Below, in pieces: positions 10,460-20,347 of a stretch of 64,000 bases of DNA. The notes beneath the pieces were generated by a model. The model made no database searches and was not told the origin of the DNA. It saw only the letters and a list, made by a program, of their open reading frames with translations. This DNA is from Histomonas meleagridis 2922-C6/04-290x (lineage: Eukaryota; Protista; Parabasalia): assembly GCA_020184695.1 (NCBI GenBank), contig JAANOX010000032.1, positions 282,450 through 346,449 on the forward strand, given 5' to 3'. Position numbers and translations under genes: made by a program. Positions within the stretch are counted from its first letter, which is position 1, and each line of letters starts with the position of its first letter.

Positions 10460-12472
10460 AATAGATTAAATATAACTCTTTTTTTAACTTTCTTTTTTGC
10501 ATATTCACTTGAAGCATATAACTCAGATACTTATACACTTACTGTGTCAAATAATGCTGAGTTTAAAACTAGGAATGATCATAAGGCTGATACAAAATAT
10601 CTTGTTTTTGATTATATTACGAGTGTAGGTTCTACTTTCTTTGGCTGGCCTTCATTATTTCATAGATCTATGTTGAAATTGGTAATTCAGTTACTTCTAT
10701 TGGAAGTAGTGCATTTAATTTATGTTCAAATCTTAAAACAGTAACAATCGGAGACAATGTAAAAGAAATTGAAAACCAAGCATTTCGTTCATGCCATAGC
10801 TTAACAACAGTTATTTTTGGGAAAAGTGTAGAAACAATTGGGAATTTGGCCTTTGCTCAATGTGAATCATTAGATAGTATCACTCTACCTGATTCAGTCA
10901 CTTCTATTGGAGAGAGTGCATTCTTACAGTGTGAAAGTTTGAAAATAATCACCATTGGCCATAAAGTTGAATCAATTGGAGGTCATGCATTTGAACAATG
11001 TGAAAAATTAACAGAAATCACAATTCCAGATTCTGTTACATCAATTGGAGAGAATGCGTTTGATCAATGTACGTCATTAACAGAAATTACAATACCAAAT
11101 TCAGTTACATCAATTAAATCAAATGCATTTATAGGCTGTAATAAACTGAAGTTTATTAATGTTTCAATTGGAAACAAAAATTATTCTGGAAATAATGGAA
11201 TTCTTTATAACGAAGATTATACAAAACTTGTTTGTTATCCGGCAGGAATTTCTAATGAAACATTTGAAATACCAAATTCAATTACAACAATTGGAGATTA
11301 CGCATTTTATGGCTGTTCATCATTAGCAAATATTACAATTAAAAATTCAGTTTCATCAATTGGAGATCATGCATTTTATGGCTGTTCATCATTAGCAAAT
11401 ATTACAATTCCAAATTTAGTTACAACAATTGAAGAATATAAATTTTATGGCTGTTCAGAATTAACCGAAATCTTAATTCCAGCTTCAATCAAAACAATTG
11501 GAAATTTTTCATTTCAAAACTGTGATAAACTCACATGTATCTATTTCACAGGTTACGAATCACCAACTGTCGCCACAAATGCATTTGATCAAGAAAAATC
11601 TGTTATGACATCAGATTTATATCAAGATGAAACATTTGGTGAAATTAATGTATCTAAGGGATCTTCTGTTGGTGAATGTGATCTATATCCATGGTCAACA
11701 CATACATTCACAAAAAGTAATACATTCACGCACAGTATCACATTTTCTCAGTCGAATTCTTTTTCAAGAAGTAATACATATACACAATCAAATACATTTT
11801 CACAAAGTAATACATTTACTAAATCAAATACATTTACTAAATCAAATACATTTACTCAGTCGAATACATTTTCACAAAGTAATACATTTACTAAATCGAA
11901 TACATTTTCTCAAAGTAATACATTTACTAAATCGAATACATTTTCTCAATCTAATGCATTCACGCGGAGTAACTCGTTCACAGCTTCAGATGTTTTCGGT
12001 GTTTTGTATATTGACACAGTTACCATTTTGCATTCTATGATTGAATCGCAGTCGCTAATCATTACACAGACTGTTACAATTCAGCGCGTAATCTCGAACA
12101 TGCTTACGATTAGTCAACTCAACATTTCTTCATCTTTATTCGGTTACTATGTATTATGAATATAATATTTATCAATATTCGACGTATGACAAATATTATT
12201 CATTTTTGTATACAATTGTTTCGACGCGAATTCAAGGCGATCAATGGAACGAAGGAATCGACAATAAATTACTTATTGGATTAATATGTGGTTCGATTGC
12301 TGTTGTTCTTTTACTCGTAGGGATTATTGTATTTGTGATTCGCCGAAGTCAAGGAGCGAAATTACAAGAAAAGTCTGAAGAAACAATGAGCTCAGCTAAT
12401 ATTGGGGCGAAAGAAGAAATTAATGAAGAATACAAACAGTATGTACTCCATGATCCCGATCAATGGATATGA
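10460..12472 (+). pseudogene. BspA-like TpLRR surface protein gene with two frameshifts and no clear start codon
   Basis: Signal-peptide-like LFLTFFFAYSLEA, then LRRs (IPDSVTSIGENAF), an S/T stalk, a TM (LLIGLICGSIAVVLLLVGIIVFVI) and a tail. These lie in three frames, with shifts near 10660 and 12150. Confidence 0.8.
11700..11980 (+). repeat. 18-bp tandem repeat encoding (SNTF[ST][KQR])n stalk
   Basis: About 15 copies of units such as TCAAATACATTTACTAAA / AGTAATACATTTTCACAA. Confidence 0.9.
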
Positions 12473-12599
12473 AATGAAATTTTTAATAAATAATATGCAA
12501 TGTGTTTTTTGTGTCTATTGATATTATAAATTATTCATTATTTTACTTGTTAATATGAAATATGTCAAAAATTCTTTGTTAATTATTTGAAATTTTGGA

Positions 12600-13580
12600 A
12601 TTTCATTTGTTCACTTGTGAGTTATATGGAACCCGGTAAATTCATCCACTGAATTAATCAATTTCATTTGATATATTTTGAATGATAATTATCGTGTTTT
12701 CATAATGTTGATAGTATTTTTAAGGATTTATAGTGAATTCTGGAAATATTTTATGCACTGATTATTAATGTACTGATATTATGAAATCTGCGTTATATTT
12801 TAAATAAATAAAAAATATAAATTCCATATATAATATAGACATAAACTATATATTAATATCAATTAATTTTTGTTTAAGAAACTTTGTTAGTGTAAAGTTC
12901 AAGTAATAAATATTTGGATATGCCTTTCCTATTTGATATCACTGTTAATACACAAACTTTTCTATCTTTAGAAGTAGATGTCAATATATATGACAAATAT
13001 TGATTGCCAATTTCAATAATATTTACTTATTATAAGCATTATAGTTGCTGCTTGCGAAAATGATTTTACACTAAAAACATGAATTCTTTGATGTAAAGAA
13101 TTAAAGAATAGCCAATAATATATGTAAAAAACTTTTCTATATTTTCAATTACATTTCTTTAAAATCATCAATTGATAATTAGCACCACAGCTAATTTATG
13201 CAAAATATGATCAGTAATAACAATATTGAAGGGACAATGATCATTATGACCCAATTAACAGTAGCAATAGTTATTCATAACATTGTTTTTTAATATGATT
13301 TTTTATCATTCCTGCAAGTATAATCAATAAAATAGTAATCAGGTTCGATTGAAATAATTTGTTTTCAATCATTTATTCTTTTTATCATATTACCTCATAA
13401 TATAAACATAATGAAAACAATCTTGAAAATATTTTTAGAAGTTATTGGAAACAACAATTCTTTCATTTTTATTATTGACAATTTCGATTAATTCTTCAAT
13501 CAAAACGTTATCTTCCTGGAAAATGATTTTCTTCTCTTCAGGGCAAAATACACACAACAAACAATGCAACATATATATAA
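12600..13580 (-). pseudogene. Heavily decayed coding remnant, possibly from an expanded parabasalid ankyrin/DUF3447-type family
   Basis: Begins MLHCLLCVFCPEEKKIIFQEDNVLIEELIEIVNN..., then many stops. Family assignment is tentative. Confidence 0.25.
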
Positions 13581-13823
13581 CCTCATTTTTTATCATTTAA
13601 CTTCTATCACATCTTTTTTTCTAAATAACTGATCATTGATTTATTTCTTAAAACATTGTTGTACAAACAAAACGTCATGAAGCAATCATTACAATGTTCA
13701 AATGTTTTTTATTTGTAATTCGTATGCGTTCGCTCTGATTCTTGACACAAATTTTATTTCTCACAACATAAGTTCCGTCACAACGAACACAGTCCATTCC
13801 CAAAATAAAATATTTTATTATGA

Positions 13824-14978
13824 TCACTGTGCCTCACCTGCGTCTTCCTGTATATCCGGTATGAACACCTCGAATCTGACTCCGGTGACGGCCAGCATCC
13901 CTGGTATCTGCGGGTGGTAGTGTATCTCCTTCGGCTCCTCTGCGACGTGCTCGAACATCATCTGGTCCGGGATTCCCTCTTCTTTCTCCTCAGGGTCCAT
14001 AGCCTCGACGGAGAGGTCCCAGATCGTAACTCTGCCGTCTTCGCACGCAGCAGCAAATTCGCTTTCGTCGTTCGGGTTCCATTCGATGCTCGTGATCGGG
14101 TCCTCGTGATACGACATCGTCGCAACTGGTTCAGTGGTATGCGACAAAGCGCGGAGATCCCAGATAGCTATGACCCCATTGTCTGCACCGGAACATATTA
14201 AATTTCGTTGAATGGCGTTCCAGTCAATGACATTGCAATCACATTTATCTGTGGCTTGGAAACGGGAAACTGGTTGAGTCGGGTCTCGGAGATCCCATAC
14301 TGCAATGGTGCCATCACAACTACATGTCATAAATATTCCGGAATCACTATGTGAAAATACAATATCTTCAACAGAATCTGTATGCCCTTCATATAAAGCA
14401 GTTCGGGTAAAGGCGCCGGAGTTTTCTTGCCAGATGGATATAAAGCCATTGTTGTCGCCAACTGCTAATAATCCATTATCAACTTTGGACCAACAAAGAC
14501 CAAAACCTTCTTCGCCAATTGCACACTCGAAAATCATTTGGACGGTGCCTTCTTCAACGTCATTATTAACAGATGTAATACCAGATGAAATATCCCATAT
14601 CAGAACATTTCCAGTATCACTCCAAGTGGCTACAATGTTGGATTGTTGTGGTTGGATACGAACTCTGTTAGCTGCGCCAGGATGGAAATTACCACAACAT
14701 GAAAGTTTTGGATCAATAAGTTGAGCTGGATCATCATAGTTATCATCGTTTTGTGTACATTGAAGATTACTGATCTTAGTTACAAGGAGTTGGTTTTCAT
14801 CATCAGTTTCAGCTTGTGTAGCTGAAACAAAAAAAGTTGTTAATGGAAATTGAGTTCGAGAAGCACCAAGATTATCTCGAATGACATCAAATGAAAGGCA
14901 TGGCCATTGAAATGTCATTTGATAATATTGACGGTAGATATCATTCGAAAATCCGAATTCTTCGTCGGAGTCTTCCAT
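13824..14978 (-). CDS. GRWD1: GRWD1/Rrb1 WD40 ribosome biogenesis protein
   Basis: WPCLSFDVIRDNLG, HTDSVEDIVFS, WDLSVE and PDQMMFEH motifs. Confidence 0.9.
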   Translation of the reverse strand: MEDSDEEFGFSNDIYRQYYQMTFQWPCLSFDVIRDNLGASRTQFPLTTFFVSATQAETDDENQLLVTKISNLQCTQNDDNYDDPAQLIDPKLSCCGNFHPGAANRVRIQPQQSNIVATWSDTGNVLIWDISSGITSVNNDVEEGTVQMIFECAIGEEGFGLCWSKVDNGLLAVGDNNGFISIWQENSGAFTRTALYEGHTDSVEDIVFSHSDSGIFMTCSCDGTIAVWDLRDPTQPVSRFQATDKCDCNVIDWNAIQRNLICSGADNGVIAIWDLRALSHTTEPVATMSYHEDPITSIEWNPNDESEFAAACEDGRVTIWDLSVEAMDPEEKEEGIPDQMMFEHVAEEPKEIHYHPQIPGMLAVTGVRFEVFIPDIQEDAGEAQ

Positions 14979-14983
14979 TTAAT

Positions 14984-14991
14984 GTCACTTT
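14984..14991 (-). promoter_or_regulatory. M2-type element AAAGTGAC
   Basis: Exact motif 5 nt before the GRWD1 ATG, the same spacing as at Rae1. Confidence 0.65.
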
Positions 14992-15034
14992 TGCTTGACC
15001 ATAGCTTGGAGACCGTTAAAATAATCCGTTGTTT

Positions 15035-16213
15035 TCATTTCGTTGATGCGAAATTTCCTGTACGCATTTGTTCAAGGAGTGATTTAGGTGATTTAAGTTG
15101 TTCGATCGAATCTGCTTTTTGTATTATTCCCATGATTTCTTCATTTATCTGATTATTTTTATCAATCAATTCTTCGATTTCTTTTTGTAGCTTCGTAACT
15201 ACTTCATTATTGCTGTTCATGTCTATAGGGTTATCCCCTACAATTTTCTTTTTCTCTTTGACATCAGCTGCCATTGATAATAAGAATTTCTTGAGTCGAG
15301 CTCTTTCGTTTTCAAGCTTCGTTATGTTGTCTTGGCTGATCAGCTTCTCTGTCTCCTTTATCTCATTAACAAGTTGCTGTATCGCGGGATCGTTAGAGTT
15401 CTCAAAATTTTCGGTTGTGAATTCACTCGCTTTTTCTTTGAGCACTTTTTGCTTCTTTTGGAAATTGCTGATCTCTTGCAGAAGTTGCTTCCGTTTTTCT
15501 TCTAAAGCCTCTTTATTTTGAAGCTCTTTGTCTAGTTTTTCTCCAAGTTGAATTTCTGAATCTCGTTTTGCTTTTGTTTCAAGATACATTTCCATATATT
15601 TATTATTAGAATTGCTTTGTTGATTACGAAGTGATTCGATCTCGTTTTGGAGTTTCTCATTTTCGCTTGCTAATTGTTTACATTCTGAATCAAGTTTATC
15701 AAGAATTTGTTGGTATTGTGTTATAACATTAGACGAATTGTTATCGGATTTTGGAGACCCGCTGGAATGAGAAGAAGAGCTGTTTTCTTTGATAAGGGTT
15801 TGTATTTCTTTGACAGTATTTTTAGGAAGAGATTTGACTCGGGAAATGTTTTCGGTTTTTTTAGGTCCTTTAAGTGAGTAAAGAAGGAAAGAAACAAGTA
15901 GTTGCTTCAGTGAGTCTGGATTTGAACGGCGTGCAATTGATGTCAAATCAAAAGAGGCACGGATTTGAAGTTTAGAAAATTGGTCTTTGATGTTTTCTTG
16001 GACAGTCTTCAAATTACGTAGACATGATATCCAGTCATCTTTAGTGTGATCAATAGTCTTTAAAGCGGATAAATCGATTTTAACATTATCTTGAATTGAG
16101 TTGAATATTTTAGAAAGAACATGTCCCTCACGAAGTGATTCCAAGTTAGGGCATTCTTCGTTAGTGATTCCAAAACTGTAAATCCAGGGAAGAAGAAAAT
16201 CAAAAGTTTCCAT
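15035..16213 (-). CDS. Hook-like N-terminal CH domain plus coiled-coil protein
   Basis: LLPWI..F...LESLREGHVL...DWISCLRNLK resembles the Hook domain, followed by long heptad repeats. Inr TCACTTT upstream. Confidence 0.6.
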   Translation of the reverse strand: METFDFLLPWIYSFGITNEECPNLESLREGHVLSKIFNSIQDNVKIDLSALKTIDHTKDDWISCLRNLKTVQENIKDQFSKLQIRASFDLTSIARRSNPDSLKQLLVSFLLYSLKGPKKTENISRVKSLPKNTVKEIQTLIKENSSSSHSSGSPKSDNNSSNVITQYQQILDKLDSECKQLASENEKLQNEIESLRNQQSNSNNKYMEMYLETKAKRDSEIQLGEKLDKELQNKEALEEKRKQLLQEISNFQKKQKVLKEKASEFTTENFENSNDPAIQQLVNEIKETEKLISQDNITKLENERARLKKFLLSMAADVKEKKKIVGDNPIDMNSNNEVVTKLQKEIEELIDKNNQINEEIMGIIQKADSIEQLKSPKSLLEQMRTGNFASTK

Positions 16214-16433
16214 ACAAAGTGAACGTTTATATTGACAAACTTTTTGAGAGAACTATTGATAGCCATTACGATCAAAATCAATTCAAATCGAGTTTATGTG
16301 GTTAAATATCAGATAAGAAAAATGATGATTAACTAAATTATTTTATAACAACTATTAAAGCATTTTATACATATCTTGCAAGATTACCAATGCTCTTTTT
16401 TAAAAAGAAAAAATGATTGACCCTTTAAATCTG

Positions 16434-16973
16434 TTAAGCATTTTGTTCTTTGATCATTTGTGCAAAGTTAACAATCATATTCATTTTCTTTTGACTAATG
16501 ATGAGTTTAAGGATGTCTTTTTCATTTAGTCTTTCTAAGTATCTCTCCTTCATTGCATCGAAATCAATTGCTTGAATTTGTTCTTCGCTCATTATTTTTG
16601 AGTCAAGTTGTTCTGTTGATATATTTTGTATTTCACTCTCAGTAGGATTATCAGCTTCATTTCCATTTGTGTAAAATCTTAAGAAATTTCCTTGTTCTTT
16701 CTCGAGTTTTTCTAATTCTCTTTCATTCCGAAGGTTTCTTAAAGTATCTGCAACAGCCCTTCTTTCATCTGCTTTTTCTAAAGCAGCAAAAATATATTTT
16801 GGCTTTTCTTTTTCTTCAACTGTAATATTTGAAGATAACAATTTTTCGAATTCTCTATTTTCATTTTCTTCTAATTCAACTTTTACTTCCATTTCTGTGT
16901 TTCTTTTAAGTGCAGAAGATGGTGGGGCTCTCTTTGAACTTCCACCAAAGATTGCTGCAACTTTTGGTTTCAT
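16434..16973 (-). CDS. Coiled-coil protein, possibly NSRP1/CCDC55 (DUF2040)-like
   Basis: KPKYIFAALEKADERR...ERELEKLEKE resembles the DUF2040 core. Confidence 0.45.
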   Translation of the reverse strand: MKPKVAAIFGGSSKRAPPSSALKRNTEMEVKVELEENENREFEKLLSSNITVEEKEKPKYIFAALEKADERRAVADTLRNLRNERELEKLEKEQGNFLRFYTNGNEADNPTESEIQNISTEQLDSKIMSEEQIQAIDFDAMKERYLERLNEKDILKLIISQKKMNMIVNFAQMIKEQNA

Positions 16974-17026
16974 TTCTTTTTAAAATGTGCCATTTATATT
17001 TCAGAATAAATAAAATTGTCATTTAA

Positions 17027-17299
17027 ATGAGCTTAAACGTACCAACTGATCTTCAGCAAATTGATGAAATGCTTGATAATGAACTTAAACGCGTCCAAGA
17101 CCTCGAACAGAAGTTTACTGATTGGGCTGAGCAACAACGAGCTAAAATTCAAGAACATCGTCAAAGACAATTATTAGAAGGCGATGTTAATCTAAGTGAG
17201 TTCGAATCCATCATCTCCATCCTCTCGAACATAGATAGCGCCGATGAGTCAGAGATATCGTATGTCCATGACATCTTTCAACAGTTATGTCGAATCTAA
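17027..17299 (+). CDS. Small coiled-coil hypothetical protein
   Basis: 90-aa ORF with Inr TCATTT, head-to-head with 16434..16973 across 53 bp. Confidence 0.7.
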   Translation: MSLNVPTDLQQIDEMLDNELKRVQDLEQKFTDWAEQQRAKIQEHRQRQLLEGDVNLSEFESIISILSNIDSADESEISYVHDIFQQLCRI

Positions 17300-17349
17300 T
17301 CACAAATATCCACAATTTTGACGAACAACAACAAACAGAATATTTTCAT

Positions 17350-18696
17350 TTAGTCATCGAGTGCCACGAAATGGTTTTTGACGTTTCTTTCCATTGCTTC
17401 GATCATTTCTCTAATTCCAGCCAAAAGAATAGAACTTTCGAATTCCTTTTGCATGACAATGATATCACTCTTATAATCGATCAATGCGTTCATGTCCTTC
17501 GCCAATATTAAATCATACACTAATTTCCTTACTTCTTCAACGTCACTTTTTAGTTGTGACGCAACGTACTTCACTTCAACTCTGCTGTAGTTTTGGCAGA
17601 AAACGCTGATTGAGCTTCTTAAGACAAACTTTCGGATTTGTTCGATGATGTCGTTATATAACTTTAAGTTTCCTAAGCTTCCTTGAGCGGTATCGATATG
17701 TTCTCGGAACTTAACGATATCTTTCTTCTCATAATAATCAGCTAAGTGATCAATGGGTGCAACTTTTGCGTTGGTTCTGAATTTGATGGCTTCAGGAGTA
17801 AGGAAAATACCACAGCTTCCTTTGGACCACATTTGAGAAAGTGCACATAACATAAGACAATCAATACGTTGATCACTACCTGCGTTATCGAAGAGACGGA
17901 ATGACTCATAGAACTTTTGATAGGCAAGTTGAGGCTTTCTTTCTTTAAGAAGTTGAATTCCTTCGATCTTGAGAAGAACAGCTGATTGACGATCATTAAG
18001 TGAGGTGCTTGGGATAGTGGAGGCGAGCTTGTAGTCGTTAAACATGGATTCGAGGTCTTTGCGAGCATCAGCTAATTCAATACGAATTGAGAGAATACGA
18101 ATTGCAATATTACACATTTCTGGATCGGTAAGATCTGGTGGAAGTGTAACATAGGGTTCGATTTCACTGAGAATTTCTTTACCTTTGGTGTAATCTTGAT
18201 TTCTCATAACATATTCACATTGACGAAGCTTAAGATCTAAGTAAAGATTGCCCATTGTGCTTTGATCAACAAGTTCAGTTGCTGTGTCCAAGAAACGAAG
18301 AAGAGTAGTTTCATTTCTAATGACATTAGCTAACATTGAGGAAACAGTGGATTGAAGTTGATCGTTGGTGATAAGCTTGTCGGCGTTGGCTTGGAATACA
18401 TCATTCAAGCACTCAATTGTGAGGTCTGTATCATCAAGATTTGATTGAATAACCGCTGCCTTTAAAAGAGATTTGGATCTAAGCTTGGCATCAGCATTAG
18501 GATCTTGGAAAACTTGATAGAATAAATCAACAGCGTATGGATCGTCGAAACCAACGGATTCTTTTGCGGCACGATAAGTACCTTCAGGAGTGTACTCTGC
18601 TTGTTCTTCTTCAGCACCTCCTTGGTATACTTCGCCTTCATAGGCTTCTTCATTGCCGGCATCTTCTTCATCAAAGTATATTTCTTCGTCGGACAT
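17350..18696 (-). CDS. CSN2: PCI-domain protein, COP9 signalosome subunit 2-like
   Basis: Acidic N-terminus, TPR-like helices (AYQKFYESFRLFDNAGS) and C-terminal PCI (YSRVEVKYVASQL). Confidence 0.7.
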   Translation of the reverse strand: MSDEEIYFDEEDAGNEEAYEGEVYQGGAEEEQAEYTPEGTYRAAKESVGFDDPYAVDLFYQVFQDPNADAKLRSKSLLKAAVIQSNLDDTDLTIECLNDVFQANADKLITNDQLQSTVSSMLANVIRNETTLLRFLDTATELVDQSTMGNLYLDLKLRQCEYVMRNQDYTKGKEILSEIEPYVTLPPDLTDPEMCNIAIRILSIRIELADARKDLESMFNDYKLASTIPSTSLNDRQSAVLLKIEGIQLLKERKPQLAYQKFYESFRLFDNAGSDQRIDCLMLCALSQMWSKGSCGIFLTPEAIKFRTNAKVAPIDHLADYYEKKDIVKFREHIDTAQGSLGNLKLYNDIIEQIRKFVLRSSISVFCQNYSRVEVKYVASQLKSDVEEVRKLVYDLILAKDMNALIDYKSDIIVMQKEFESSILLAGIREMIEAMERNVKNHFVALDD

Positions 18697-19768
18697 CTTG
18701 GAAATATGTCAAACAAACTTTGTTAAAAAAAATAATTGTCAAAATTAGTTCTTAAACGGTCTCCAACAGGCTAACGAATTTTTTTCATTGATGACCATCA
18801 AATTGCAGAAAAATATATTCGCAATAAGACATAATAGCTTCATTAAATTAATTATGTATAAACATTTTTTCAGAGAAATGTATTTTATGGTTTCAATCTG
18901 CAAATAATCGAGAAAAATTTTTCTCAAATTAAATGTATGCTGTGATTAATCAAACATATGAAAAACATTATCTAAAATGACATGAATATCATTGATAATA
19001 TATTTTAAACAAAATAAAACTTCTTTTAACGGAAATAAGAAAACATATATTATATCCATGTAAAACACTACCTATTTATCATTTCAATCATAAAGGTTAT
19101 ATGGTTTCTTTTTTCCAATAAAAGATAGATATGATAAATTATTCACCAAGTTTCATCAGTTGCAATGAAGGATGGCATGCTTTGTATTTGAAAAAGTGGT
19201 TTTTCTATAATTTATATTTTACGATAACGATATAAAAATGCCTGTATTGAAAATCAGTTGCTCCAATTCATGAAACTTCTTCAAAAATAACTTATTATTT
19301 TGAAGTTTATTACACAACGTTAATCATTTCTTTGAGTATAATGTCCACATTACAATTTTTTTTGCTCATCATTTTTAATTTAATTATTTTCTTTTTCAAA
19401 CAGCTATTTGTCATATCACTATAATTCATCCTTTGAAATTTGTGAACTTTGATAATTTCAATTAATCAATTTAGCAATCTTTTAAGTCACATCCCAAACA
19501 TATAACCAGAGCATAACGCCAGCACGGTTCATACCATTTTCTCGTGTTTGCGCCCTCAAGCAGTGCGTTATTTCCTAAACACCATGTGACCAATCAATTT
19601 ACGTGTTTTCATATCATTCCATATTTTCAGTACTTTATAGATACTTTTTGAAAAAATAAAGTGGATAAAACCACCTGAAATTTCGTCAAAAATTGAGATA
19701 AAAATATTTTAGTGAAAAACCTGACCAAGATAAACCGCTTTTGAAGAGGCAAAATTTCTAATCCATAA

Positions 19769-20326
19769 ATGCAAAAGACACAGCCAAACACACTTTTCGT
19801 ACGAAACATCCAATACACAGCAACAGCCGACCAATTAAGCGCGGTTTTTGAGAAGTATGGTAAGATCAAAAAAGCAAAGATTTTGACCGAAAATTATCAT
19901 GGCCAACCAGTTCCACGTGGAATTGGATTCGTTGAGTTTGAAGATGAAGAAGGTGCTAAAAAAGCCCTCGAAGACAAATCAGAATTAAAGCTTGGAAATA
20001 GAGTTCTTCATATTTCTCAAGCAAAAGTTAACGAAGCGAAAAGAGATACAATTTTTGTTGGCGGAATACCAGAAGGAACAACAATCAAAGATTTGTTGGA
20101 CACATTTGCGAAGTACAACGCAAAGAATGCGACAATCATCTGTTTCGATAACGGACCTAGGAAAGGTTATGCTTTTGTTCAGTTGGGTTCAAGCGAGGAT
20201 AGGGAAGCTGCCATGAAAGAGGGAACATTCAATCTCAACGGTACAAATCCAATCCTTCGAAATGCACGTCATGATTATGAAAATCCAAATCTCCGTTCAT
20301 TTGGAGGTCAACGTATTCGTCAGTAA
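19769..20326 (+). CDS. Two-RRM RNA-binding protein
   Basis: RNP2/RNP1 pairs LFVRNI/RGIGFVEF and IFVGGI/KGYAFVQL. Confidence 0.9.
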   Translation: MQKTQPNTLFVRNIQYTATADQLSAVFEKYGKIKKAKILTENYHGQPVPRGIGFVEFEDEEGAKKALEDKSELKLGNRVLHISQAKVNEAKRDTIFVGGIPEGTTIKDLLDTFAKYNAKNATIICFDNGPRKGYAFVQLGSSEDREAAMKEGTFNLNGTNPILRNARHDYENPNLRSFGGQRIRQ

Positions 20327-20347
20327 AAGCGTCAGGTCCTTCAATTT

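Noticed and set aside
10625-10665. 41-nt GT-AG intron explaining the first BspA frameshift
   Set aside because: It would delete a recognisable LRR segment (VGSTFFGWPSL) and lacks a TAAC branch motif.
11700-11980. CRISPR-like array
   Set aside because: The 18-bp units are contiguous, in frame and lack unique spacers. It is a coding stalk repeat in a eukaryotic gene.
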